Assembly (NCBI GenBank): GCA_000934665.2
Contig: KZ538298.1
Span: 1-64,000 of the forward strand
Length of the DNA: 64,000 bases
Reading direction: 5' to 3'
From: Catajapyx aquilonaris
Lineage: Eukaryota
This document shows, piece by piece, positions 51,896-64,000 of the stretch (position 1 is the stretch's first letter; every line of letters begins with the position of its first letter). The notes under the pieces were generated by a model. It saw only the letters and a list, made by a program, of their open reading frames with translations. It was not told where the DNA came from and did no database searches. Position numbers and translations under genes: made by a program.

Positions 51896-53035
51896 CCTGT
51901 AATGATCGAAAACCCGCTAATATACGTTGACAACACTGTGGAATTGTTTGTGAATTTGTAACGACAAAACTACAGCCACCTAAGCAGAACTCCTTGCAAG
52001 TGCAATATGCATATCTGGAATAATTGTTAATTATTAACCTTCTTGTCCTTCAAAAACCTTTCATGCTAACCCTTCTGTTGTTTATTGTCCGGGACAATGA
52101 CAAGACGTGCGTTCATTACGAAAATATCTGCACGAAGCAGCTAGTATATTATTTGGACTGGTATAGTCAAAACTGTAGTGAATCTTAGGGACTCTTTCCC
52201 AGAAATGCAAAACAACGCTGAAGATAATATTATTTCTTTCTGGCAGAAAGAAATAGTATCCTCAGCTTTTGTGACCTTGAACACACACAAAAATTTCCGC
52301 CTGCGACGGGCTTCCTCGGCTCTGTCGCCCCCCCCCCCCNNNNNNNNNNNNNNNNNNNNNNNNNNNNNNNNNNNNCGCCCCCCCCCCCCCCGATGAAAAA
52401 AAGGTTGTGAATCACTGTGGTAAAACGGGTAAAACGTACCCTTCCCTGATGATATTCACACAACCCCATAGACCCATAGTAAATATGGTATATGGAGGTG
52501 TCCATAACTGGGGTCCATAACTGGAACCGTCGTCATTTTGGTGGTCCATAACTGGGGCATGTGCACACTTCCATACAAAAATTATTTTCACAAAACTACA
52601 GTCGACTCAAAAAGTCCGGTCACAAAAGAAGGCCTGGACAGAAGAGTGTGCCCACATTTTTTATACATAGGATTTTGGGCGTTTGGTGGGGGAAACAATG
52701 TCCCAGGACAGGCTAGTTCTTGCCCATTGGTGGAGAGAAAAGTGGAAGGTGATGAACACAAAGAGAAAAGAGAAGGGGGAGACGTGGTGGGGGGAACTTG
52801 GCCACGCCTTTTTTGACCGCACTTCTTGAGCGGACTGTAACTGTGGCACGAATATGCACTAGATGAAAGTCAAGTTTCGACGATTCGAACGATATTTTTT
52901 TCGAAGATGTCTTACACTAATTCCCATGCATAGAGTGTCCAATGTGATTTTTTCCCCTTAACGGGTCCATCACTGGGACACCTATCTTACTTTAAAAACG
53001 TTTCGATGTAATCCAGCGTATCCAGTATCTTGCAC

Positions 53036-53081
53036 TTTTATTTATTTTATTTATTTATTTATTTTTATTTTATTTTATTTA
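53036..53081. repeat. (TTTTA)n microsatellite
   Basis: Tandem TTTTA/TTTA units. Confidence 0.85.
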
Positions 53082-53951
53082 CCCCGTGATACAACTACTA
53101 GGTCTTGCACTTTTTAACATGCTAGTGAAGACATAAATTACTGAATTTCTCATTATTAATCTTCAGGACTAAATGGAATTCACAAGGCGACAGAGCTGTG
53201 AAAATGGGGAAGTAGCCTTGGTCTGGGATTTGGGATATTTGTTCACAACTAGCTAGCCCATGCCTGTAAACATACATTCCATCACTCTGTTGCATCAAAA
53301 TGACATTACTTGATAAATTACGGCATATTTAAAAGTGCCTTCAAAATTGGCGGGAAAACGGGGCAGCCGGGTGGTGCCAATCGAAAGGGTACGCTGAAAT
53401 GCCTGGTTGACTGCGAGATATGAGGAATTTGACTTTGAATTAACCGCGGACACGACGGAAAGCATTCGCAAGGCGGCTGTAGGCCATCGAGGTGGAGAAA
53501 GGGCGAGAAAGGGGGCCTTCATGTGCCGAATTCGGGTGACAGATAATTCCTACCAGTTGGCACCACTGTCAGCCCAGAAGCGATTTGAGCGGCCTGGAAT
53601 AAATACGCGCCCCGGCCGCTATCTTGCTCACGGAATGGGACGGTTGTTAACAACAGCGAAGCATTTTACAACAATGACGGGGCGCGTTCTATAACACCAT
53701 TTTTGCGTTCATTTCACTTCGCGTGACGTCAACATTTTCTAGGGAAACAGTGACGTCACCATTTCCCTACATAAAAACCCCAATTACTCCGGAACTGAAA
53801 CTGATATCTTAAAACGGAATACGCCAAAAAAATCCAAAAAATATGGGCGAATTTATTATGTAGTTTCCAAAATGAAGGCTACTTCCCCATTCTTAGAGGT
53901 GCACATAATTTGGCCGAAATTGGGTTTAGTGTATGCTACTTCTCTTGTATA

Positions 53952-54320
53952 CAGGGTGGTCCAACTTTTTTGTCCGAACAGCTATTGACAAATTCGGCCT
54001 AAGCTGCTTATGTTGTAGTGCGTTACCTGGCAACCCCGTCCGGCGGGCCAATTCAAACATCAGCCCATGGAGAGCGCTTCCATTGTTGCCACTGTTTACA
54101 AATCGAGTGAGTGACGCGGACGACCCAGCGACGGGTCTCTGCCTGCTTACACATCAGTAGCAAGGGATAAGCAGGGAAAATAATGATGTTACTAAGAACA
54201 AGCCAATGACAATGGAAAGAACACTTAGCACTCGTCTCCAGGTGCTGATGTTTGAATTGGCCCGCCGGCCGGGGTTGCCAGGGCTAGTATGTTAATCCGC
54301 CTTAAAACCATCTGACCCTG
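53952..54320. mobile_element. TA-CAGGGT MITE with internal TGGCAACC foldback
   Basis: TACAGGGT...ACCCTGTA ends; internal arms 54026-54075 / 54232-54283. Confidence 0.6.
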
Positions 54321-54330
54321 TAGAATATAC

Positions 54331-54599
54331 CAGGGGTTCTCAACCTGGGGGGTCACGACCCCCCAATGGGGCCATGGAGCAGGTACAGGGGTCCCGTGAG
54401 AGGCCGCGGTTATTTTTATACATTAAAAAATTACTGAAATTTTAAAAAAAGAATTAAATAAATGTTATAGGAATTTGCATCAACGACGTTTTTTTTCAAC
54501 ATTTACTAACACTCGGGGAGGATGGGAGGGGGGGGGGGGTCGCAGGTTACTGGACTATCATAAAAGGGGTCGCGACCCGAAAAAGGTTGGGAACCACTG
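54331..54599. mobile_element. hAT (Charlie-like) MITE
   Basis: TIRs CAGGGGTTCTCAACCT / AGGTTGGGAACCACTG; GGGGTCRCGACCC subterminal motifs. Confidence 0.75.
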
Positions 54600-54632
54600 C
54601 TGTATATACTGACGACATATTATAAGCCTGCT

Positions 54633-54782
54633 GTATCTATGGGGCTGATATTCTTTTGGCCACTTTATCCAGGTCCTGAAGCAACCCTTCACATACACAC
54701 ACTTCCTCACCGTGGGTCATGTGCGAAGGGTTGCTTCAAGACCAGGATGAAGTGGCCAAAATCATTTGAGCCCCATATACAT
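54633..54782. mobile_element. Palindromic MITE family B, copy 2
   Basis: TATGGGGCT...GGCCACTTTATCC..TGAAGCAACCCTTC / GAAGGGTTGCTTCA..GGATGAAGTGGCC...AGCCCCATA. Confidence 0.75.
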
Positions 54783-55949
54783 ATACATGTGAACCCGACT
54801 TTGGCGTATCTATATTTATATTTTAGTTATAGTTAGTGAGTTAGTGAGTTTGGATGTTTGTCCCTTGTAGAAATCCCGGGGAAGGCCCTTACACAGCCTT
54901 AAATTAGCATATCGGGGGTTACATTTTCCAAGGAATCTAACGCCGCATGTTTCAGCTTCCGAAAACGTACCTAACTCCCACAACACGCATATTCCCGAAT
55001 CTTCCCCTACTCGCGCCTAAACAATTAACATAATTACATCAACTTCTATAGCAACAACGACAATTTATCTTTTCCCAAGTTCGCAATCCCATGGAAATGC
55101 CCTTATGCACAATACCTATCAAAGTAATGCATTTGCATGCATCTATATATCCTGCGCCTCTTTTTTTTACAAGTCCCATCGCCGTAAATTATTCAACTCA
55201 TCCGCCAATTACGCTAATTGGCCACCTCACGTGAGTTCATATGGTATGGTCATTCTGGGATTTTGTAGATTTGAAATTAGACTTCTCGACACAAATAAAT
55301 ACAAGAAAAATGCTTTTTTTATATAATTACGCACAGTGTTGAAAACAAAATTTCCCACCAGGCATCTGTATGTATACATTTCTCAAGTTCTTCAGGGAAA
55401 ACAGTTGGAAAGAGGTGGGGGTGTGAGGTGGGGTTGAGGGGTCATGGGGTCAAATATTCTGGGGGGAAAAAACATGGCTGTGCAGTCTTTTCCTGGGACA
55501 ACTCCATCCCAATTCCTCTTTTTACACATCCAATCAGAATGTCTACATTGACTACGCTATAACCAAAGCAGGCAACCTATCACAGATAGTGACAAACTTT
55601 GGCTTATTGTAACTTGGTCTTATTTTAAGGTGTATCGAGTTCCGGTGTATGGAACGCAAATTTTACAAACAAACAAACTTCCTAAAATATATGGGGTCTG
55701 GTACGTAATACCGAAAGACATAATACAGACAAAATCAATTTCAGACAGCTTTATTACCGAAAATATACACATAACATATACCTTTCCACTTTTTTCCCGT
55801 CGGTATTTTATCCCGTCCGGCATTTTTTCCGTAGGTATTAGACCCGGGACCGAAATATATGTACCCGTATACCTTTAACAGCATCCCAACATATACCCGG
55901 GCAACGCCGGGTAACCTGCTAGTAGACTCTATAGAGAGAGTATACAATC

Positions 55950-56275
55950 CAGGGGCGGATCCAAGGGGGTCACGGGGGTCATGACCCCTCCCCCCTGATG
56001 ATTTTTTGGAAAAAGTGCTACCAGCAATTTCATCAAATACTGTACACACCTATTCAAATCTCCCACATTCACCTAAGCTCGTGTGACCTTGAAACCCCCC
56101 CTCCATTTCGCGTGCGGCGCGCTTGCTCCCCGCCCTTTATGACTTATGCCCCACCCCACCTTGCAAACGCCACCAAGTCTGCGGTGTGGTACAGAATGGT
56201 CCGACAGGACCATGACAGCATGACCCCCCCCCCNCCCCCCCCCCCCCCCCAATCGAAAGTCTGGATCCGCCCCTG
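55950..56275. mobile_element. hAT-type MITE with intact 8-bp TSD
   Basis: Perfect TIR CAGGGGCGGATCCA / TGGATCCGCCCCTG, flanked by ATACAATC at 55942-55949 and 56276-56283. Confidence 0.9.
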
Positions 56276-57554
56276 ATACAATCATCTAAACCGCAATTGC
56301 AATGAACTCGTTGCAACCTTGCAATAATCATTGAATTGTCAATTCTTTTGAGCACAACAGTACAGTCAAGGTAGCAAATGTATTATGCAAACATCATTCA
56401 CTTCCGCTGAATAAATCTCAATTGTAACACCCCTCTCCGAGAATCACTCAACATTGCTAAATTCCCAAATCCACAAAGCGAATTTCCCAAGAATTTAATC
56501 AACACCCCCCTATGTTTCCCCTAGCCAGGTACAGTCCGCATACATGCCAATCCCCAGGTGAGCACAGTAATGTTATAGGCATTTTCCCCCCCTCTCATCC
56601 CTCCCTCCCCTTTCCCCCCCTTGATATCCGGGAGCTCGCTCGCTGGCAAGCTCGGGCTAGAAAAGCGCGAGGTCAAGACGCGTAATTAGTCTGCAAGCGA
56701 GGGCAGCAGCAGATTACAAAGCGTTGGGCCATTGACGCCCCCTTGATTGTCAATTCGGAGTCCCCTTTCACAGGCTCTTACTCTGCCTCTCTGCAGCAAG
56801 GATTTTGGGGGAAAATCCGGAGCTGCTGGTGGGGTAGGGAGAGGTACCGCACCGGGAGGGGGAAAGGTGCGCGCTTCGTAACGAAACAAATATTTTCATT
56901 ATCCCATCGAGTGGTGGGGTGTGAATCCGGGAGAAAATGTTCTGAGGGGGGGGGAGGCAGGCAGGCAGCGTCGGCGGCGTCGACGGCGTCGACGGCTGCT
57001 GAGCTGAGCTGAGAATCTCAGGTTTCAATCAGGCGGCCCCCCGAAGTGTCAGGTGACCCAAGCCCCCGTTTCACCGCCCCCTCTCCCTCCCCCCCCCCCC
57101 TATGGAAAAGCCCTAGGGCCTTTTGCCAGAAGCCCTGATGACGACGACGACGATCATCACTGCTTTTCCAGCGCCAGTCCAAGGCGGGGGAATTTATTAT
57201 CACAAAGCAGCAGCCTGCTGATGCTTCGAGTGTCGAGGGTAGTGTGAAATGAGGGCGTGTCATGTGTGTTGCGGTGCGTTAGGATATAAGGGTAATATGA
57301 GAGCGATATGCCTTATTTCATATGGTGACAAAGAAAGAATATTTATGGTGTAGCCTGACTAATGAGATGTATTAACTCAAGGTGGCTGACGTCTTTGCTT
57401 ACTTCTGGAGTAATTTGACCATGCGATACTTCACACTGTATACTGTATAGGCCTCTTGAAATGCAGCCTTGGTAATTCCTTTGTGACGTAAATAAGGTGC
57501 AACGTTGATCCTGTGATACTGTTATAAGCACAGTGGCGATATTAGAAAAGCAGA

Positions 57555-57793
57555 GGATTAAAGTTACACAAACAGAGAAATTACTGCACTGTACTACTAA
57601 TACATCAGTAGCCCGTAGCCGTATGACTACGACGTTGAACTTGGCCGTATTTCAGATCTCACCACTTTTGACGGCCAAGCAGTCAGGAGAACTTGGCCTT
57701 TTTTTACAGAAAGGTTTTTGGTCGGATTAAAGTTACACAAACTGAGAAATTACTGCACTGTACTACTAATACATCAGTAGCCCGTAGCCGTAT
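57555..57793 (+). mobile_element. Short retroposon-like insert with 70-bp flanking direct repeat, copy 2
   Basis: 57555-57624 is repeated at 57724-57793 (1 mismatch) around insert 57625-57723, which shares its core with 13118-13192. Confidence 0.75.
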
Positions 57794-60700
57794 CCAATCC
57801 TGAAGATTACCCATAGGCATTTCATTGGGCAACCTTGATTTGATCCAGGGCAGGCCTATAATGACCTTAGATCAGGTCCGAACTGCGGACCTAATGGCAC
57901 GAATTCGGAAATGCGATGATGGCCATAAAACGAATTTGATTTGTGTAGTGCTGGATACAAAACGGGTGCTCTTATGGAACGATATTTCGCAACTGAGCGA
58001 GGGGTTGGCCACCACTTCATTGTCAAGTTCGTACTTGATTACGATTGATCGCGATTGAGCGTAATGATTTTATTAAGAAGCATTAGATCACGAGTCATTA
58101 CGCGGGATTACACGACAAAGTGTATACATCTGACTGCATAAGTGGCCAGCCGATTTTCCGCTATAGGTGCGTATAGGCAATCCGTATTGGATTAAAAAAT
58201 CGGATTGCCGTGGGAATTGGGCAAAGAAAAGTAACGTTACAAAAATGTACACAGCCTTTATTTTTTGCACAAATGTTATACACAAATTACGTCAGTGATA
58301 GCACACATACCGGTGCATGTTTAAATACTGTGGCACAATCGCTCAGTATCTGAATGCCTCTCAGATAGGCAACTTGTGAGCAATGTTAATCCAATCCACA
58401 TAAATAGTGACATAAAATGTGACACCTGTACCTTCAACTTTCAAGAGCTTTATGGTGGACCTTATTATATTTTGGCTGTTCTACTCTGATGAACGACAAA
58501 ATCATGAAATACATTCACATAATTTGAAAGTCAACTTCTGGTCACCTGGACCACAGTCTGCAGTCTATACCTCCAGATCCTCATCAGAAGTGTTTTCTGC
58601 TACTTACAGCAATTTACAAAAAGTGTCGCTAGCTGGGAATCATGTGTAGAGTGTAGTCCATTAGCTTCACAAAAAAAAATATCAACCAGTTTTGATAGGG
58701 ATGTGTATCTCACATAAGGGCGGCAGATACCGGACAGAAGGATCGTCTGAGGTTGACCCTTTCTTGAAGATTGGCACAGAGTACTACGTAGTCTCACTCT
58801 TACTTAGGTAATATTACAACTGACGTAAGTATTTAAAAAAAACAGCGTTAGTAGAGATGACATATGTGGCAGAGATATACTATATTTTTAACGCTACAAA
58901 TTACGAAACAAAGACAATTTATTCATGAAAATTACCGTACCGTATACACCGGTACATTCTCATCTGAATATGAGAGGTGCCTGATTTTCAAGAATTTATT
59001 TCAATCGATTAGGAACGGTTTTTAAAAGTAAAATCCATGCAATTCGTCCTGCTCTATGAGATGGAAACAATCTGAAGGGCAATTTATTTAGACAAATTCC
59101 CCCCCTTTAAAAATACCCAAACCATAAAATCATAATTAGAACCCTATTGCAACTTTATCTGCCGAAATACAGGGTCGCCTTTTATTCTATTTACGCTTTT
59201 CTTGAAGATGACACTTACGAAACCCTGACCGCGAAATGCAGAAGAGATTCTAATCCATGCCGTAGGAGCGCTGCTGTTCAAAATCTTCCGGAGAGCAGTG
59301 ATTGCCCTGACATCTGTCAGCCCTGGCCTCATTCATTACAGTAATGCCCGTGGGACCTGTCATTATTTTTGCTATTGCACATAGTATTGGATTCCGCACA
59401 ATACAGAATTAATGAATTTACTCAGGATTTTCCCTCTGCTAGACAGTGACGACATTTTCACTGAAAAAATATTTGGACTGGCTGCAATGAAATATTTAAT
59501 ATGCCACAGTTTATCGGTACTTTTACCTAATTATTTACGGTACCGTTAGTCAAATTAATGATGTAACACCTACCAGCTGTGACAGTAATTAGGCCTAATC
59601 TTTGGTGCATTCAGTGCATAACCATGCCATATTTTGGGATGCAAATTGAGCTAGGTTACAATGCTATACAAAAATGGGAGGTTAAATTATTTTTTATGTC
59701 ATCTGCAGTGACATTTTTTAAAAATAATTCTAAAATTCTGCAAGTGGCATACACCAAAATTATTGAACAATTGGTACATTATAATAAGTAAAAATAAACT
59801 AAACCCAAGTAGTCGTAGTCATCCACGTAGGCCTATGGCTATTATTAGGAACCGTTCACATGTAACTTTATGGGCAAGAGTGGTGGGTGTTAGAGAAGGT
59901 GGGGCAGGAAGAAGGAAGACGTGGCAAGTGTCGAAACTTCCAGGGGGAAAACAAACAACAACAAAGGGGGCAAAAGTCAGCAGCATAGGTGAACAGCCAT
60001 AATTAATGATAGGCCTACGCGTAGATGGTAAGGCAAGTTACGTTGAAAGGATCGATTGCAGTCAAGCACTGAGGTCAGCAAACCCTCCATCGACTTTGCA
60101 GAAAATATCTGCGGCTTTTTGACAAACCCCCCTCTCCTCATCCACCCACAAATAATCCGAGCCTACCAAATGACTTAGGACATTTTCGCCAACGTCTAAT
60201 TGCCTTATTTTCATTCTAACTTTTCAAGTACTGCTTAATATCAAACGAAATTTTAATATCAGCACTTCGTACTGGCAAGTCATTTTTAAAATTAATGAGA
60301 CCTGTCAGAGTTTTAATATTGTCGTAAAATTCGGGTCGCACAACCTTGAGTCTTTTTTTCTGTGTATTAAAAAAAAAGTTCAAGGCAAGCAGTGTTTGGT
60401 ATGGTTACAGTGCATTTAGATAGCGCCTATTGACTTTCAGCTGAGCAAACGGAGATTTCATCGGAACTGTGTTTTCGCGAGGACTCACATGGCAGAAGCA
60501 GCTTATCTCATACATCTCATTCCGTATGCTAAAAGAGACCGGACGCTATTTTTACAAATGTGTTTATTTTTAACCGATCGAATAGCACAATAGTCCGGTT
60601 CGTATTTGAAAGTGACACTGGCCGGGAAATGAAGCGCTATAGACACAATATAAAGGTCGGTCGATCTCGGAGCGATAAATCGAACCAGCGCCATTTAATG

Positions 60701-63479
60701 AGGTCATCGATTGTATATAGTTGAACAGATCTAAGGAATGGGCGAAATGTCACATTGTGGGTCGCGAAACATTGGATCTTGTTGCAATTGGATATCATTT
60801 GCACTGATTAGAGGATTTTGGATAGCAGAGATTAGTAGGAGGTGGCGACAATAATAGGCGGAAAACCAGGTCGGCATAATATGATATGCAGGTGTTCCAA
60901 CTGAATTGTTTGTGTAGTGGTTAGCAGATTACTGGAACTCAGCTGTTTATTATTCATCAGCTCCTTTTAGGAATTGCGGGAAAATCCACTCCCATATTAG
61001 GTTAAGGAGCATGCTTGATTACTTCCCTGTTACTGGAAATTGCATTTGTGATATTCACTTTAATTAGTGCACATTTTGGCGAGCTTTGTTAGTTATGCCT
61101 TTTAAACACCAATAACAATTATTATTTACTGACCATTGGAATACAATGTCAGTCCAATCTGTACCTTTCCAGACACTGGAAGGACAGAACGGAATAATCT
61201 ATTAGGAACTAAGCTGTCATCCAAGGTCAAAGGCAATCAGCCAGAACAAGAATCGTGAAGTGTACGTTTCATTTAACAAATAAGCCTCAAAATGTAGCTG
61301 ACATAATCAGCAGTTTAGTATCCAATTTTGCTATCAACACCTGGACAATTAAGTTGGAACACTCCATAATGGAGTTACGATTTGAACAATTTATATAAGC
61401 CATGCTTCCAAGAACGCTAATGAATGTGTCCGAATTTCCACTAGCTAATGTTGCCTGTCATATAGCCCCACCCAAGTCCGTAATCCGTTGATTGCATACA
61501 GGTCTACTTCTCCGAAGACGCCGAATACAAATATGACTGACGTCACATAATATGTACTTGTTCAATGTTTCAGGCAGGAAGCTCAAGACATTCCTAATTA
61601 CTCTGCAAGAACTTGTAATCGGCTAATTTACAACAATAATTTATTAAATTATGTATGCATATTCAATTGGTTGTCCAACTGTTTTTAACAAGTAGCCTAC
61701 CTACGTAAAAATTGTCCTCTACATGACAATCCAGATGAGCAACGAGCGTTTCCTATGTCCTTAATAGGCAAGCTCCCTCCCTTCAATGTATACTTAGTAT
61801 GGAGGTTAAATAAATGTTGAGTTCACTCTCTCAGAAGGTGCTTCGAAGACTTATTTTTCCGCTCACCACCTGCGCGCGCATCACTCAAAAAAACGAGCGG
61901 TGGCGCTGTTGAAAGCCTCTGATTGGTTCCACGACCTACTAACGTCACATATCGTTCACTCAACCGAACAAACTCTCCAAGTCGAACCTAATCCCAATTT
62001 TTAAAACTAATATTTAAACTTTAAAAAAAATCTGTTTACACCCTGTCTTTCCACCAGCCAGCTGCATGCTAACCCCACAAAAAAAAACAGGGGTACCGCA
62101 GGGGGGAAAAAAATGTGAATCCTTGGGCCGTAATTAAGGCAAGGTCGAAAACCCCGGATACCCCGATCCACCTGTAAAGCCAGCCTCCCAACCTCAATAC
62201 GACATCACCCAACCATTGTCCAAAGTTTTTCGCCTCTGTAAGAAGCCTTCTTACTGCACATATTATTACCTCTCTGTACAGTAGTTGGCCTCCGCACACG
62301 CACACTTGAATGCACTGCTTCTCATCCGTGTCGCCACATGGGGCCACCTTATGTAATCGGTCGTTAACCAGTGCCCATGGTCTCGCATATTCACACCTTT
62401 TGTGCGCAGTGCGTTCGACTTTATAACGGAGTGTCGGTATGCAATAAACGGACATTGTTGGCCACTATGTGCGTGCAAAATGGTAGAGAAATTTATGGTG
62501 AGAGAGTTGCATTTCTCTTGTTTCCAGGTGGAAAACTTACGATTTCTCTTGGCGAAATCTCATGTTTTTTTATATCTGCAAAAAAATAAGGGGCTGATTA
62601 TACAAGATATCCTTAATTGTCAATAACTGATAGAAAGAGTGGGGAAAGGTCATTTTTCAACTGAAGATATGAGGGGGTGGTGCCGATTCGACTTCATTGT
62701 TAAAGTGGATGCAAGGACACATCAGTTGGGAACCAGTTACGTAATGAGGCTTTGTTCTGGAACCGTGTAAAAGGTATGATGAGCCACCGTACATGAGTAC
62801 AAAAAGGTAATGAGACATGTCATGGTGGTATCACCGATTAGTCATTGATGAGATCATTTTTCAGGATATACGGTACTGTCATGTGTATTTACAGTACCGT
62901 AGCATGCCACAATTTTTACGGTGGCTGGGATCGTTCACATGTGACGTAATACACAGCGGGGTGACATAATTTATGGATCGTCCCGGCATTTTTTGTTTTT
63001 TTTTTTAAAGCCGGCCAGTCACGCGCATGTCTGGGATCTTGTTCTCAACAGCTGATTGTTATCCGTGCCTCCTGTTTACGGATCTGTATTAAAGGTCAGT
63101 GAGGTCATTCTCGTATGTCTGCATCATTACGCTTTTTTATAGCTCTATCCCTGTAACTTCTCCCCCATTCCCCCACCTCCAACCCGTTCCGCCTCCGGAC
63201 CGAAACGTTCCTTGCAATTAAATAAGGAACACAATTACCAACTTTGGCACTCATGTATCATATTAAAAATGTGTGATTAACATATCAACACACGGCATTG
63301 TACATCATTACCATTGTCGTAGTTGCTGGCATACAAAACAAAATGCTTGAAGTTAAAAATATATCTCTTTGAATACCCGTCTCAAGGCCACCTCACATCC
63401 GCTTGTATGCAAAATAAATGTGTGGTGTGATCATCACGCATATCATCAGCTGTAGTCACTGCTGAGTAAACTACTGTTT

Positions 63480-64000
63480 ATAATACCGCACCGCAATTGA
63501 AGAAAAAATGGTGGTATTCCACCCCCCTATCACGTGGTAACGTCCGCACGGGCACCGCAGCACTGCCTGTGAGTGAATCAGGAGGGAAGCGCGTGAAAGT
63601 GCGCCTGTACTTGCAATCTGGTGGACCCAAAATGGCTGCGTACAGTTGGCACTCCTGCTCTGTTGATGACGTCGATCTGCCTTTCCCTCCCCTCTGCCCA
63701 CTGACCATGCGCAGTCGGCCACCCCCCGGGATAGGCCGGAATTCACCCTCCCTCCCCTACTCTTCCCCCTGTCTCCCTCCCTCTGGTGAAGAGACTTTTT
63801 CGAGTCGGCCATCTTGGAATGGAACCTCGGATCAGACCCGTTCTCTAGCCCTCCTCCCCAATTTATTTTTTTTCTCCCTCCTCTCCCTCTCTATCTTCTC
63901 TCCTCCTTTCCCGTCCCGGATTCACCGAAACCTTTTTAACTTATTTGACGTCACCAGCTCCTTGTTAGCTGCCTGGTCTGTCCGTATCCCGGGCCGCCAG
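63480..64000. promoter_or_regulatory. GC/CpG-rich promoter-like island
   Basis: CACGTG, CATGCGCA, YY1-like CCAAGATGGCCG (-, ~63806-63817) and CAAAATGGCTG (+), TGACGTCA, pyrimidine tracts. Confidence 0.45.

Noticed and set aside
59147..59344. Possible Penelope RT fragment or hammerhead (TTGAAGATGAC...CGAAAC)
   Set aside because: The CUGANGA core is broken, stem II does not pair, and the peptide resemblance is too short.
63471..63812. 113-aa ORF MADSKK...
   Set aside because: No recognisable domain; the ATG is explained by a YY1 motif in GC-rich DNA.

Overview
Eukaryotic (invertebrate, arthropod-like) genomic DNA with short GT-AG introns. The ORF track is mostly spurious, so genes were rebuilt by hand from splice sites. 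A compact core (20-44 kb) holds six complete genes: BUD13 (-), FRMD8/iTAP (+), MAD2L1BP/p31comet (-), a MACROD-type macrodomain gene (+), a LAMP5/UNC-46-like LAMP gene (+) and Six4/5 (-). The left 17 kb appears to be the 5' end and long introns of a seventh gene missed by the ORF track: first exon MGCNTSK... (acylation motif) plus a 24-nt in-frame microexon, possibly igloo/GAP-43-like. The right 20 kb is gene-free, likely Six4 regulatory territory, and ends in a promoter-like GC-rich island. Non-coding DNA contains many MITEs and foldbacks, two tRNA-derived SINE heads, a MER2/Tigger-like element, and a short retroposon-like insert with 22- and 70-bp direct repeats. No prokaryotic systems or CRISPR arrays were seen. 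Family assignments rest on recalled motifs, not database searches.
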